A model generated the notes under the pieces. That model saw only the letters and a program-made list of their open reading frames with translations. It had not been told where the DNA came from and made no database searches. Position numbers and translations under genes: made by a program. From Longimicrobiales bacterium (GTDB lineage Bacteria; Gemmatimonadota; Gemmatimonadetes; Longimicrobiales; Gaopeijiaceae), in the NCBI GenBank assembly GCA_965198065.1, contig CBDAON010000004.1, positions 768,001-832,000 on the forward strand: a stretch of 64,000 nucleotides of DNA, in the 5' to 3' direction. This document shows positions 20,699-30,864 of the stretch, one piece after another. The stretch's first letter is position 1. Each line of letters starts with the position of its first letter.

Positions 20699-21972
20699 GG
20701 GGTGAGGGCGTGCAGCTGACCGTCCTCCTCTTCGACGATCCAGTCGCCCGCGGCTGGCACCCGTTCTCCCTCACGCGGCCCGCGGGAGAGCTCCTCTTCG
20801 GCGCCTCCCTGCTCCGGGAGAAGCTGGAGCGCGTGATCGGCGTTCAAATCTCGGCGTACGTCGCGGCTCCTGGACTCGACAGGTTCGAGGAGGAGGGAGC
20901 TCCGGCGGCCCTTCCCGAGGACCGGCTCCCCCCCTCGGCCGCGCGCCTCGTGCTCTCCACCCGTTACCTGGCGCCGGCCCGGGAGGGAAGCCCGCTCCGA
21001 GCCCTTCCCGCCAACCCGCCCCCGGGGGGGCTGCCGCTGGTCGTGGAGGGGGGAGGGGCCGTGGGATGGCTCCTCGGAGGCGCCGACCCCGTGCCAACGC
21101 CCGACCGACTGGCGAACAACGACGATCGCCCGGCCCTCTCCCTTCCGGGCCGGCTGATCGAAACCCCCTGGCAGCTCGTGTCGGAGAACGCCCGGCAGAT
21201 CGCCGACGAACTGGACGACACGCGGGCCTGGCGAGGCGACCCGGGACGCGAGGTGCTGAGGAAGGCCCAGGGCGTCCACCTCCTCGGAGACCGGCCCATC
21301 ACGGTCGAATCGGGAGTGCGGGTGGACCCGCTCGTCGTCCTAGACTCGAGGCCGGGACCGATCCACATCTCGCATGACGTCTGGGTCCAGTCTTTCACGC
21401 ACCTGACCGGTCCGGCGTTCATCGGCCCAGGGAGCGTCCTCATGGGAGGGGCCTTCGAGGCGGTCAGCTGCGGTCCCCACTGCAAGCTCCGCGGGGAGAT
21501 CCGGAACTCCGTCGTGCTGGGCTACTCGAATAAGGCCCACGACGGCTACCTCGGCCACTCCATGCTGGGACAGTGGGTGAACTTGGGGGCGCTTACCACG
21601 AACTCGGACCTCAAGAACAACTACGGCTCCGTCCGGGTGGGGCGCCAGGGGGGCACGACCGACACGGGGCTCGTGAAGCTCGGCGCCCTCCTGGGAGACC
21701 ACGTGAAGACCGGCATCGGAACGCTCCTCGGAGCCGGGACGGTGGTCGGCGCCGGCACCAACCTCTTTGGCGACGGGCTCTCCGCGAAATGGATCCCCCC
21801 CTTTTCGTGGGGGAGCGCGGCAGAGCACGAGCCGTACCGGCTCCGCCCGTTTCTGGAGACCGTCGAGCGAGTCATGGCTCGACGGCAGCTCTCGCTCACC
21901 CAGGGACAGCGCCGCTCTCTGGGGAGCGCGTGGCGCCGGGCCCACCCCGGCCTCTCGGAGAACGGAGGTTGA
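20695..21972 (+). CDS. GlmU-like putative sugar nucleotidyl/acyl transferase with a left-handed beta-helix
   Basis: PFSLTRP.GELLFG N-terminus, LDSRPGPI, NKAHDGYLGHS..GQWVNLGA.TTNSDLKNNY, GDHVKTGIGT. Start GTG overlaps the manC stop. Confidence 0.82.
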   Translation: MRGEGVQLTVLLFDDPVARGWHPFSLTRPAGELLFGASLLREKLERVIGVQISAYVAAPGLDRFEEEGAPAALPEDRLPPSAARLVLSTRYLAPAREGSPLRALPANPPPGGLPLVVEGGGAVGWLLGGADPVPTPDRLANNDDRPALSLPGRLIETPWQLVSENARQIADELDDTRAWRGDPGREVLRKAQGVHLLGDRPITVESGVRVDPLVVLDSRPGPIHISHDVWVQSFTHLTGPAFIGPGSVLMGGAFEAVSCGPHCKLRGEIRNSVVLGYSNKAHDGYLGHSMLGQWVNLGALTTNSDLKNNYGSVRVGRQGGTTDTGLVKLGALLGDHVKTGIGTLLGAGTVVGAGTNLFGDGLSAKWIPPFSWGSAAEHEPYRLRPFLETVERVMARRQLSLTQGQRRSLGSAWRRAHPGLSENGG

Positions 21973-22012
21973 CGAAGCGGGGCCGCGGCGTGTCGCGCGT
22001 GGAGGCGGGAGC

Positions 22013-22834
22013 GTGAAGATCGCGTCGCTCGGAAGCGGCAGCGGAGGAAACGCGTTCGTGATCGCGAGCCGGCGGACCACGCTCCTCGTTGACGGAGGCT
22101 TCAGCGCCCGACGGCTCGCCGACCGTCTGATCGGGGTCGGCATGGATCCCGGTGCCGTCCAGGCCATCGTGGTCACGCACGAGCACGCCGATCACACCCG
22201 GGGGATCGGCGTCTTCGCCCGCCGGTTCGGTACCCCCCTTCACATGACCGCCGGGACGCGCGATGCATGCGCCCGGCTCTTCCGGGGCGGCGAGGACGTG
22301 CGCCATTACGAGCCCGGACGGAGCTTCACGATCGGAGACCTCCGGGTCGAACCGTTCCTCACGGTCCACGACGCGCTGGACCCGGTGGCTCTGACCGTGA
22401 CCGGACTCGAGTGCGGCACACGCATCGGGATCGCTACGGATCTCGGGCGTCCGACCGCCGGCATCCGGCACTCTCTCGGCGGGTGCGACTTCCTCGTGCT
22501 CGAGGCCAACCACGACGAAGGGCTCCTCCGGAGCGGCAGGTACCCTCCCGGGGTCCAGGCGCGGATCGCGTCTTCGCATGGGCATCTCTCGAACCGGGCC
22601 GCGGCAGCTTTCGCGCGGGAGCTGCTGCACCCCGGGCTCGCGGGCATCCTGCTGGCTCACCTCTCGTCGGAGTGCAACCGGCCGGAGCTGGCGCGCGAGG
22701 TCGTGGGCGGCGCGCTCGAGCGGGCTGGCTGGCACGGGTTCCTCGGGGTCGCGGGGCAGGAAGAACCAACCCCGCTTGTGGACGTCATGGAGCTCCGCCT
22801 GGGTCGAGCCGGCGGGCAGCTCTCGCTACTCTAG
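22013..22834 (+). CDS. MBL-fold metallo-hydrolase (YycJ/WalJ-like)
   Basis: SLGSGSGGN, THEHADH, HDA.DP, TDLG, LEANHD, GHLSN, HLS.ECN. Start GTG 22013. Confidence 0.9.
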   Translation: MKIASLGSGSGGNAFVIASRRTTLLVDGGFSARRLADRLIGVGMDPGAVQAIVVTHEHADHTRGIGVFARRFGTPLHMTAGTRDACARLFRGGEDVRHYEPGRSFTIGDLRVEPFLTVHDALDPVALTVTGLECGTRIGIATDLGRPTAGIRHSLGGCDFLVLEANHDEGLLRSGRYPPGVQARIASSHGHLSNRAAAAFARELLHPGLAGILLAHLSSECNRPELAREVVGGALERAGWHGFLGVAGQEEPTPLVDVMELRLGRAGGQLSLL

Positions 22835-23039
22835 GCCATCGTGAGAAGGGGGCCTGCCTCGGCCCCGGCCACGAACTGACCGACAGAGCCGCGCAGGAGT
22901 GTCTCCGCCTCGGCACGCTCGCCCCTGTCCACTTCCGCCCCGTTCATTCGACGTAGAGGGTGAAGAGGCCACGCGAAGGGAGAACGTGCCCGGGAGGGCT
23001 ACCCCCGGCTGCCGCGACGTCGATTGCGACGTGAGACTG

Positions 23040-24509
23040 CTACCCGAACAACCGGTCGAACACCCGGAGCAGGTCGTTCCCCAGCGCGAGCGCCATGATC
23101 CCGATCAGCACGACGAACCCGACCTGACTCCACCGGAGGCGCTGCTCTACCGAGAGCGGCCGGCCCCGGAGGCCCTCCACTCCGAGGAAGAGGAGGTGGC
23201 CCCCGTCGAGGACCGGGATGGGGAGCAGGTTCAGAACGGCCAGGTTCACCGAGAAGAACGCCATGAAGCGGAGAAACACGGGCAGCCCCTGCGCGGCAGC
23301 CTGACCCGAGGCCTCGCCTATCGCAACGATGCTCCCCAGGCTCCGAGCGGAGACCTGTCCCGTGAAGAGGTCCCGGAGGAAGTCCAGGATCAGACCCGTC
23401 ATCCCGACCGTATCGGCCAGGCCGAGCTGCACGGCCTCAACGGGCGGAACCCGCGAATAGGTGATGCTCGGTAGGGTCGGAAAGACCCCGATCTGCCCGA
23501 TCGTCCGCGTCTCCCCCGTGACCGGGTCGGCCTGAGTCTCCCGAGCCGGCGTCACCCTCCGGATCACGTTTCCGCCGTCCCGGCTCAACGTGAGCTCTAT
23601 GGGAACCTCCGGATGGGCCTGCACGACCTCGACGAATTGCGGCCAGGTCCGGATCGGGACCCCGTCTACGGCCATGATGCGGTCCCCTCGCCTCAGGCCG
23701 GCCCGATCGGCAGGGGTGCCCGGGTTCACTCCGTCGATCACCGGCTCGGACCAGAAGTCCAGGGCCCGGTAGATCCGACTGCGCTCCTCGTCCCCCGAGG
23801 CCGTCACCGTCACCTCTCCCGACGGATCCAAATACGAGAACGTGAGCACTCCGTCGGGCGCCGTGAGGATGGCGTCGCGCACCTCCCCCCAGTGGGAAAC
23901 GAGCCGGTCCGCGACGCGCGTGAGGGTCGCGCCAGCGGGAAGGTCCCCCAGGCCCGAGGCTCCGGATGGGAGCGCTTCGACTCGAACGGCCCCGACGCGG
24001 GTCGTGTCCAGCTCCGGGTTCCCCCACCGAGCCGCAGTCAGCGTGTAGAGGAAGAAGGCGAAGAACATGTTCATGGCGACGCCGGCCGTGATCACCCACG
24101 CCCGTGCCCAGAGCGGCTTGGCGTCGAAATCTCCCTCGCGCCGAACCCTGCCGCCTCGCTCCCTGGTCACCGACTCGGCCGGGGGGGCGGCCGACAGATC
24201 CTCCGGAGCCTCCGCCGCTCTTCCGTCCTCCGACGACGCCGCGGGGACGGACTCCGCGGTCTCTGCCCTCCCGCCTTCCACGGCCTCCATGACCTCGTCG
24301 TCCATCCCTCCCATCTTCACGTACCCACCCAGCGGGATGGCGCTCACGACGTATTCCGTCTCGCCGCGCACAAACCCGAAGATCCGGGGCCCGAGCCCGA
24401 TGGAGAAGCGCTCGACGCGAACCCCGACGGCCCGGGCCGCGAGGAAATGCCCGAGCTCGTGGACGAAGATGAGCACGCCCAGGACGATGAGAAGGGACAG
24501 GATGGTCAT
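23040..24509 (-). CDS. rseP: RIP metalloprotease RseP
   Basis: HELGH, IPLGGYVKM, AG..MN, PDZ region, NLLPIPVLDGGH. Confidence 0.96.
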   Translation of the reverse strand: MTILSLLIVLGVLIFVHELGHFLAARAVGVRVERFSIGLGPRIFGFVRGETEYVVSAIPLGGYVKMGGMDDEVMEAVEGGRAETAESVPAASSEDGRAAEAPEDLSAAPPAESVTRERGGRVRREGDFDAKPLWARAWVITAGVAMNMFFAFFLYTLTAARWGNPELDTTRVGAVRVEALPSGASGLGDLPAGATLTRVADRLVSHWGEVRDAILTAPDGVLTFSYLDPSGEVTVTASGDEERSRIYRALDFWSEPVIDGVNPGTPADRAGLRRGDRIMAVDGVPIRTWPQFVEVVQAHPEVPIELTLSRDGGNVIRRVTPARETQADPVTGETRTIGQIGVFPTLPSITYSRVPPVEAVQLGLADTVGMTGLILDFLRDLFTGQVSARSLGSIVAIGEASGQAAAQGLPVFLRFMAFFSVNLAVLNLLPIPVLDGGHLLFLGVEGLRGRPLSVEQRLRWSQVGFVVLIGIMALALGNDLLRVFDRLFG

Positions 24510-25735
24510 CGGCCGGACCCTCCCCCGGCCACCTCACGGGCAGTTTCGCGCGCTCCCCGATCGGCCTCGAAGACCTCCGATAGGTCGCTCACGGGCCGGG
24601 CCGGAATCCGGTCGATCGTCTCCACAACCACGTCGATCATCCTCGGAAACGAGATCTGGCCCTCCAGGAAAGCCGAGACGGCCACCTCGTTCGCCGCGTT
24701 GAAGGTGATGGGTGCGGTCCCGCCCCCGCGCCCCGCCTCGTATCCCAGCCGGAGGAGGGGGAAGCGCTCGTGGTCGGGCACCTCGAACGTCAGCGGCGGG
24801 AAGCGCACCGGATCGAACGTCCTCAGCTCCGGGTCGTCCGCGCGTTCGGGATGCGTGAGCGCGTACAGGATCGGTAGTTCCATGTTTGGAAACCCCAGCT
24901 GGGCCACTACGGATCCATCCACGAACTCCACGAACGAGTGGACGATCGACTGAGGATGCACCACCACCTCGATCCGCTCGTACGGAATGTCGAAGAGAAA
25001 GTGGGCTTCCATGACCTCGAGCGCCTTGTTCGCCAGGGTGGCCGAGTCCACGCTCACCTTGGCGCCCATGTCCCAGGTCGGGTGCTTGAGTGCGTCCTCG
25101 GGACGCGCGAGCGCCAGGCGGTCGCCGTCCCATCCTCTGAATGGCCCTCCCGAGGCGGTGAGGACGACCTTCGCGATCGACGCGCCCGGACGCCCCTCGA
25201 CGCACTGAAGGATCGCGGAGTGCTCCGAGTCAATCGGGACCAGTCGCCCACCTCCTCGCTCCATGGCTCGCGAGACCAACTCCCCCCCCGCGACGAGGGA
25301 TTCCTTGTTCGCCAGCGCCAGTCGCTTCCCAGCCTCGAGGGCCGCGAGGGAGGGCTCGAGCCCGGCGAACCCCACGAGCCCGTTCACGACCACGTCCACG
25401 TCGGGACGGCGGACGGCGTCGATCAGGGCCTCTCGCCCCCCGACCCAATCCGTCCCGTTCTCGGCGCACGCGGAAAAGGCCCGTTCGTCCGTCACGACCA
25501 CGCAGGCGGCCGCGTGCTCTCTGGCCTCCCGGGTGAGTGCCTCGACGGAGCGGTTTGCCGTCAGCACGGTCACGCGGAAGCGATCCGGGTGGCGCCGGAT
25601 CACCTTGAGCGCGCTCATCCCGATCGACCCGGTGGCCCCGAGGACGGCCACGTGGATGGGCCGGCGCCCCCTGGACGCGCCCTCGAGCGCGGCTCCAGCA
25701 CCCGACCACCTCGTCGATCCGACCCCGGGAGTCAC
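24506..25735 (-). CDS. dxr: 1-deoxy-D-xylulose-5-phosphate reductoisomerase
   Basis: LGATGSIG, LANKESLV, PIDSEHSA, LTASGGPF, HPTWDMGAK, NAANE. Start at the GTG overlapping the cdsA stop. Confidence 0.97.
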   Translation of the reverse strand: MTPGVGSTRWSGAGAALEGASRGRRPIHVAVLGATGSIGMSALKVIRRHPDRFRVTVLTANRSVEALTREAREHAAACVVVTDERAFSACAENGTDWVGGREALIDAVRRPDVDVVVNGLVGFAGLEPSLAALEAGKRLALANKESLVAGGELVSRAMERGGGRLVPIDSEHSAILQCVEGRPGASIAKVVLTASGGPFRGWDGDRLALARPEDALKHPTWDMGAKVSVDSATLANKALEVMEAHFLFDIPYERIEVVVHPQSIVHSFVEFVDGSVVAQLGFPNMELPILYALTHPERADDPELRTFDPVRFPPLTFEVPDHERFPLLRLGYEAGRGGGTAPITFNAANEVAVSAFLEGQISFPRMIDVVVETIDRIPARPVSDLSEVFEADRGARETAREVAGGGSGR

Positions 25736-26598
25736 GGGAGGAACAGGGGAAGCAGGAGGTACGCGAGGGGGACCGTGAACAGCACCGCGTCGAAGCGGTC
25801 CAAGATGCCGCCGTGTCCGGGAATGAGCGTGCCCGAGTCCTTTACGCCGGCCTCTCGCTTGAGGACCGACTCGACCAGATCGCCCAGCTGGGCGACCCCA
25901 CCCAACAGAAGCCCCAACACGGCAGCGCCCAGGACAGGCAGGGGCGGTCCCTCCATGGGATCCGCGAGAACGAACGTGAACAGAGCTGCCGCAGCCGCGG
26001 CCCCGACGAGCCCGCCGATCGCCCCTTCCACGGTCTTCGACGGGCTCACCGACGGAAGGAGTTTTCGACGGCCCCACCGGCGACCCGCGAAGTAGGCTGC
26101 GGCATCGCCGCACCAGGTGCCTGTGAGTACGAATATGAGAAGGAACGCTCCACCCCACCCGGCCACGCCGTCGCTGACTTCCGGGAATGCCCTGAGGTGC
26201 ACGGCGAAGCTCAGGGTCGCTCCCACGTACACGACGCCCAGCACGGTGGCCGCGACCGCGGCGAGCGGCCCCCGCTCCGTTCCTCCCCGGAACACGGCGG
26301 CCACCAGGCAGGCGAGCGCGACCGCGAGGAGCGAGGCCCATCCCCAAGTGCTCCAGGCAGCCACGGACCCGGTCCAGGCCGCCGAGAGGACGAGGAAGGC
26401 CGATGCGAGGATCCCGACCCAGCGGAACGGTCGCGTCCCTCGGGCCTCGGCAAGCCGGTACACCTCGGCCGTCCCTAGCGCAGCGATGAGGGCCATGACC
26501 CCGGCGACCCACCAGTCTCCCAGATAGATCACGGCTATCCCCAACGGGATCCCGAGCGCCGCGACGGCCAGGCGACGACGAAGGTCGCGGGTGATCAC
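25732..26598 (-). CDS. cdsA: Phosphatidate cytidylyltransferase
   Basis: Multi-TM; D..AYFAG, SPSKTVEG, GDLVESVLKR..GVKDSG..IPGHGGILDRFD. Confidence 0.96.
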   Translation of the reverse strand: MITRDLRRRLAVAALGIPLGIAVIYLGDWWVAGVMALIAALGTAEVYRLAEARGTRPFRWVGILASAFLVLSAAWTGSVAAWSTWGWASLLAVALACLVAAVFRGGTERGPLAAVAATVLGVVYVGATLSFAVHLRAFPEVSDGVAGWGGAFLLIFVLTGTWCGDAAAYFAGRRWGRRKLLPSVSPSKTVEGAIGGLVGAAAAAALFTFVLADPMEGPPLPVLGAAVLGLLLGGVAQLGDLVESVLKREAGVKDSGTLIPGHGGILDRFDAVLFTVPLAYLLLPLFLP

Positions 26599-26667
26599 GG
26601 GGAAGAGCAGGGTCCGGGTCTCAAGGGAAGCAAGGGATCGCATGACCACGCTCGGCGAGTCGCCCGA

Positions 26668-27414
26668 TCAGGTCGACGAGACCCGCCCGAACCGCCGCTC
26701 GCGCCCCTGGTACTCGCCGACCGCACGGAAGAGGTCCTCTCGAGTGAAGTCGGGCCAGAGCACAGGGGTGATGTGGATCTCCGAGTACGCAAGCTCCCAC
26801 AGCATGAAGTTCGAGATGCGGAACTCCCCCGACGTGCGGATGAGGAGGTCCGGATCCGGGAGATCTCGCGTCGACAGCGCATTCGCAAACCTGGTCGAAT
26901 CGATATCCGCCAGATTCAGCTCGCCTCGTGCGACGCCCCGCGCAAGCGCTCGCGCGGCCTCGACGATGTCGGACCGTCCCGAGTACGAGATCATGAGGTT
27001 CATCCGAAGCCTGGATCCACCGGCCGTCCAGCTCCGAATCAGGTCCACCGACTCTCGCGTTCCCTCGTCGATCCTCGCCAGATCGCCAAGGACGTGGACC
27101 TCCACGCCCTTCTTGCGAAGCTCCTGTCGCTCCTTCTCCGCGTAAGCACGGAGGAGCGACATCAGCGCGTGTACCTCTTCCTCCGGCCTCGCCCAGTTCT
27201 CGGTCGAGAACGCGAAGAGGGTGAGGATCTCGAGTCCCGCCTCGATCGAACCTTCCACGACCTCCCGGACCGCTCTCATTCCTTCGCGGTGGCCGGCGTA
27301 GCGGGGCAGCGCTCGCTCAGCCGCCCACCGGCCGTTCCCGTCCATGATGATGGCAACGTGCCGGGGAACCGGGCCGTCCAGGGCTGGCCTGGAAGTAGAG
27401 TCCTCCCCCATCAC
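26668..27414 (-). CDS. uppS: Undecaprenyl diphosphate synthase
   Basis: HVAIIMDGNGRWA, FSTENW, LIRTSGEFRISNFMLW, RERRFG. Confidence 0.98.
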   Translation of the reverse strand: MMGEDSTSRPALDGPVPRHVAIIMDGNGRWAAERALPRYAGHREGMRAVREVVEGSIEAGLEILTLFAFSTENWARPEEEVHALMSLLRAYAEKERQELRKKGVEVHVLGDLARIDEGTRESVDLIRSWTAGGSRLRMNLMISYSGRSDIVEAARALARGVARGELNLADIDSTRFANALSTRDLPDPDLLIRTSGEFRISNFMLWELAYSEIHITPVLWPDFTREDLFRAVGEYQGRERRFGRVSST

Positions 27415-27962
27415 ACTTTCATGACCTCCTCCTCCTTCGAGGCCAGTATCTCGTCGATCTTCCCGACGTACTCATCCGTGAGCTTCTGGATCTCCTCCAT
27501 CCGTCGATGCCCCTCGTCGTCCGAGATCTCGTGGTCCTTCATGTTCTGCTTGACGGACTCATTCCCCTCCCGCCGGGCGTGCCGGATCGAGATCCGCCCC
27601 TCCTCCGCCATCTTGTGGAGCAGACGGACGTACTCCTTTCGGCGCTCTTCGTTCAAGGGCGGGATCGGCACACGGATTACCTTCCCGTCATTCGCCGGAT
27701 TCAGGTTCAGGTCCGCCTCCAAGATCCCGCGCTCGATTTGGGGCAGAATGCTGGGATCGAACGGCTGGATGACGATCAGGGACGGCTCGGGTGCCGAGAC
27801 TGTGGCCACCTGGTTCAACGGAAGCTTGCTTCCGTAGGCGTCCACCCGGACGGTGTCGAGAAGGCTGGGGCTCGCCTTCCCCGTTCGCACCGTCGCGAAC
27901 TCGCGGCGCACCGCGTCCAGGGCCGCGTCCATGTGCTGCTTGACCGCGTCGATCGTAGCCAT
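27411..27962 (-). CDS. frr: Ribosome recycling factor
   Basis: RTGKASP, PLNQVA, PPLNEERR, IQKLTD, KEEEVMKV. Confidence 0.98.
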   Translation of the reverse strand: MATIDAVKQHMDAALDAVRREFATVRTGKASPSLLDTVRVDAYGSKLPLNQVATVSAPEPSLIVIQPFDPSILPQIERGILEADLNLNPANDGKVIRVPIPPLNEERRKEYVRLLHKMAEEGRISIRHARREGNESVKQNMKDHEISDDEGHRRMEEIQKLTDEYVGKIDEILASKEEEVMKV

Positions 27963-28005
27963 CTGTCCTCCCCTCCCTCCGACGAGAGGGTCACTGGCGG
28001 AAACG

Positions 28006-28737
28006 TCAGGAGACCAGCGTACCCACAGCGTCCCCGCGGATCGCGGCCGCGATCGCCCCGTGCTCGGCCAGACTCAAGACGATGATCGGAAGGTCGTTCT
28101 CCCTGCAGAGCGAGACCGCCGGGGCGTCCATCACGGCCAGCTCTTGGGTCATCACCTCCTGGAAGGAAACCGTGGGGAGGAAGGTGGCCTCGGGGTGCTC
28201 GGCCGGATCGGCGGTGTACACCCCGGCGACCTTCGTGGCCTTGATGATGACATCCGACTCCATCTCGATCGCGCGAAGCACCGCAGCGGTGTCCGTGGAG
28301 AAGTAAGGGTTTCCGGTCCCCCCGGCAAAGAGCACGACCCTTCCCTTCTCAAGATGGCGGAGGGCTCGGCGGCGGATGTAGGGCTCGGCGAGCTCCTCCA
28401 TGCGAATCGCGCTCATGACTCGCGTCTCGACTCCCTTCCGCTCGAGCATGTCCTGCAGCGCCATGGCGTTGATCACCGTGGCCAGCATCCCCATGTAGTC
28501 GGCCGTGACCCGGTCCATCCCCCGCTGCGAGGCGATCGTGCCACGCACGATGTTGCCGCCACCGATCACGAGGCCCAGCGTGGCCCCCATGCGGTGGACC
28601 TGGATGACCTCGTCCGTGAGCCGGTCCACGACGGGTGGGTCGATTCCGAACCCCTTTTCCCCGGCGAGGGCTTCCCCCGAGAGCTTCACGAGCGCCCTCC
28701 GGTACTTCATGGGTCCCCCGTCGGCGGTCCTGGACAC
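28006..28737 (-). CDS. pyrH: UMP kinase
   Basis: KLSGEAL, GGGNI.RG, DYMGMLAT, GTGNPYFSTD. Start at 28737 or ATG 28710. Confidence 0.98.
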   Translation of the reverse strand: MSRTADGGPMKYRRALVKLSGEALAGEKGFGIDPPVVDRLTDEVIQVHRMGATLGLVIGGGNIVRGTIASQRGMDRVTADYMGMLATVINAMALQDMLERKGVETRVMSAIRMEELAEPYIRRRALRHLEKGRVVLFAGGTGNPYFSTDTAAVLRAIEMESDVIIKATKVAGVYTADPAEHPEATFLPTVSFQEVMTQELAVMDAPAVSLCRENDLPIIVLSLAEHGAIAAAIRGDAVGTLVS

Positions 28738-28739
28738 GG

Positions 28740-29339
28740 CTAACCCGACCGCCCCACCTCGAACCGCGCGATCCGGCTGACCTCGATCTTCTCACCCGTC
28801 CTCGCGGAGAGCTCCGTCACCAGCTCCCCGACCGTCCGGTTCGGATCCCGGACGAAAGGCTGCCGGAGTAAGATGGATTCCTTAAAAAACTTCCGGAGCT
28901 TCCCCTCGATGATCTTCTCTTGGATCTTCTCCGGCTTCCCTTCCGCCCGGACCTGCTCCAGGTAGATCTGCCGCTCCCGCTCGACCACCTCGGAGGGCAC
29001 GTTCTCCTCGCTCACCGCGATCGGGCTCGTGGCCGCGACGTGCATGGCGATCTCCCGGGCGAGCGTCCGGAACTCGTCGGTGTTCGCGACGAAATCCGTC
29101 TCGCAGTTGAGTTCCACGAGGACGCCGATCCGACCCCCATGATGCAGGTAGTGTCCGACGGTCCCCTGATCCGCAGACCGCTCGGCCCGCTTGGCCGCCT
29201 TCGCGGATCCCCGGGTCCGCAGGTAATCGATCGCCGCTTCCACGTCGCCCCCGGTCTCCTCCAGGGCCTTCTTGCACTCGAGCATACCGGCCCCGGTCCG
29301 ATCCCGAAGGACTTTCACTTCCTTCGCGCTGATGCTCAT
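28740..29339 (-). CDS. tsf: Translation elongation factor Ts (short, about 199-aa type)
   Basis: LRDRTGAGMLECKKAL, ELNCETDFVA, IAMHVAA. Confidence 0.97.
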   Translation of the reverse strand: MSISAKEVKVLRDRTGAGMLECKKALEETGGDVEAAIDYLRTRGSAKAAKRAERSADQGTVGHYLHHGGRIGVLVELNCETDFVANTDEFRTLAREIAMHVAATSPIAVSEENVPSEVVERERQIYLEQVRAEGKPEKIQEKIIEGKLRKFFKESILLRQPFVRDPNRTVGELVTELSARTGEKIEVSRIARFEVGRSG

Positions 29340-29432
29340 CTCACTCCCACCTCGTCCGCTCCCGAGCCGAGGAGGCCCGGCACGCGGACAGCCGCACGCG
29401 TGCCCGGCATCCCCGCGGGACTTCCGGTCATG

Positions 29433-29508
29433 AAAAGAGGCGGGAGCGACGAGGGCAGAGGCGTCCGGAATCCGTCCGAAGCGCTTTCTGCCATTCGGCT
29501 ACCGCCTC
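29433..29508 (-). terminator. Long hairpin with U-tract between rpsB and tsf (attenuator-like)
   Basis: Minus strand GAGGCGG...GGCAGA...TCTGCC...CCGCCTC followed by TTTT. Confidence 0.5.
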
Positions 29509-29530
29509 ACCAGCGTCGTCGATCGAACTG

Positions 29531-30463
29531 CTAGTTCCCTTCCTCTTCTTCGCCTCCCTCGGCTCCCTCTCCCGCGGGAGCGTCCTGCGCCTCGGACCGG
29601 TGTATCTGCGCGATCGCCTCCGGTCGCGGGCGCCGGCGCCGACGGACGCGGCGACGGTCCGCTTCGTCGCCGGCCGCCATCTTCTCGCCGGTCTCAGTCG
29701 AGTAGGTGATGGCCTCCACTTCCTCCGCCCGTCTGCGGTCCTCCTCCGGCACCTCGTGCCGGGTAGCCTCGACGACGTCCGCGATCGCCCTCGTGATGAG
29801 GCCCACGGAGCGGATCGCGTCGTCGTTTCCAGGGATCGGGTAGTCGATCAGGTCCGGGTCCGCGTTCGTGTCCGTGATCGCGACCACCGGAATCCCCAGC
29901 CGATTCGCCTCCCGGACCGCGATGATCTCCCGCTTCGCGTCCACGACGAACATGGCCCCGGGGAGCCGCCCCATGTCCTTCACGCCAGAGAAGTACTTAT
30001 CGAGCTTGAGGCGCTCGCGGTCGAGTAGCAGCTGCTCCTTCTTCGTGTAGAACTCGAACGCGTTCTCCTCCTGCCCGCGCTCGAGCTCCTTCAAGCGACG
30101 GATCTGCTGCCGGATCGTCTGGAAGTTCGTGAGCATCCCTCCCAGCCAGCGCTCGGTCACGAAGAACGCGCCCGATCGCGTCGCTTCCTTCTCGATCACG
30201 TCCCTGAGCTGAGGCTTCGTGCAGACGAAGAGGAGCCGATCTCCCGCCATTACGACGCTCCGGCTGATCTCCTCGGCGGCCCGCAGCCGGTCGAGCGTCT
30301 TTCTCAGATCGATGATGTGGATCCCGTTCCGCTCAGTGAAGATGAACGGCCGCATCTTCGGGTTCCAGCGGCGGGTCTGATGACCGAAGTGGACCCCGGC
30401 TGCTAGGAGGTCGTTCAATCCGACCTGCTCCGACTCCTGCGTGATCGTGTCGACCAAGGTCAT
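29531..30463 (-). CDS. rpsB: 30S ribosomal protein S2
   Basis: AGVHFGH...[30 protein letters not shown]. Confidence 0.99.
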   Translation of the reverse strand: MTLVDTITQESEQVGLNDLLAAGVHFGHQTRRWNPKMRPFIFTERNGIHIIDLRKTLDRLRAAEEISRSVVMAGDRLLFVCTKPQLRDVIEKEATRSGAFFVTERWLGGMLTNFQTIRQQIRRLKELERGQEENAFEFYTKKEQLLLDRERLKLDKYFSGVKDMGRLPGAMFVVDAKREIIAVREANRLGIPVVAITDTNADPDLIDYPIPGNDDAIRSVGLITRAIADVVEATRHEVPEEDRRRAEEVEAITYSTETGEKMAAGDEADRRRVRRRRRPRPEAIAQIHRSEAQDAPAGEGAEGGEEEEGN

Positions 30464-30864
30464 CTCTTACTGAACTGGAACCGCTTGCGGGCCTTCGGTC
30501 GTCCCGGCTTCTTTCGCTCGACCTTGCGAGCGTCGCGGGTGAGGAGGCCATGCTTTCGCAGGAGCGCCCGGGTCTCCTGGTCCCCCTGGAGGACGGCGCG
30601 GGCGACCGCCAGTCGGATCGCGTCGGCCTGCCCGGAGATCCCTCCGCCACGGACCCGCACCTCCACGTCGAACTGACCGTCGGTCGACGTGACCTTCAGC
30701 GCCTCCTCGGCACGCTTGCGATGAAGGATGCGGGGGAAATAGGTCTGAAGGTCACGCCCGTTCACGGACCAGCGCCCGCTGCCGGGCATGAGCACGACCT
30801 GCGCCCTGCTCGTCTTGCGCCGTCCAACCGCACGGAACCCCCCGCTCGACTCCTTCGGCATCAC
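30460..30864 (-). CDS. rpsI: 30S ribosomal protein S9
   Basis: [33 protein letters not shown]. Confidence 0.99.
   Translation of the reverse strand: MMPKESSGGFRAVGRRKTSRAQVVLMPGSGRWSVNGRDLQTYFPRILHRKRAEEALKVTSTDGQFDVEVRVRGGGISGQADAIRLAVARAVLQGDQETRALLRKHGLLTRDARKVERKKPGRPKARKRFQFSKR

Noticed and set aside
22831..22947. 38-codon minus-strand ORF (MNGAEVDRGE...) downstream of rseP
   Set aside because: No RBS, no recognisable motif, and within chance length.
24506..26512. 668-aa ORF suggesting an N-terminally extended Dxr
   Set aside because: The first 259 codons are an off-frame read of cdsA; the real start fits the GTG overlapping the cdsA stop.
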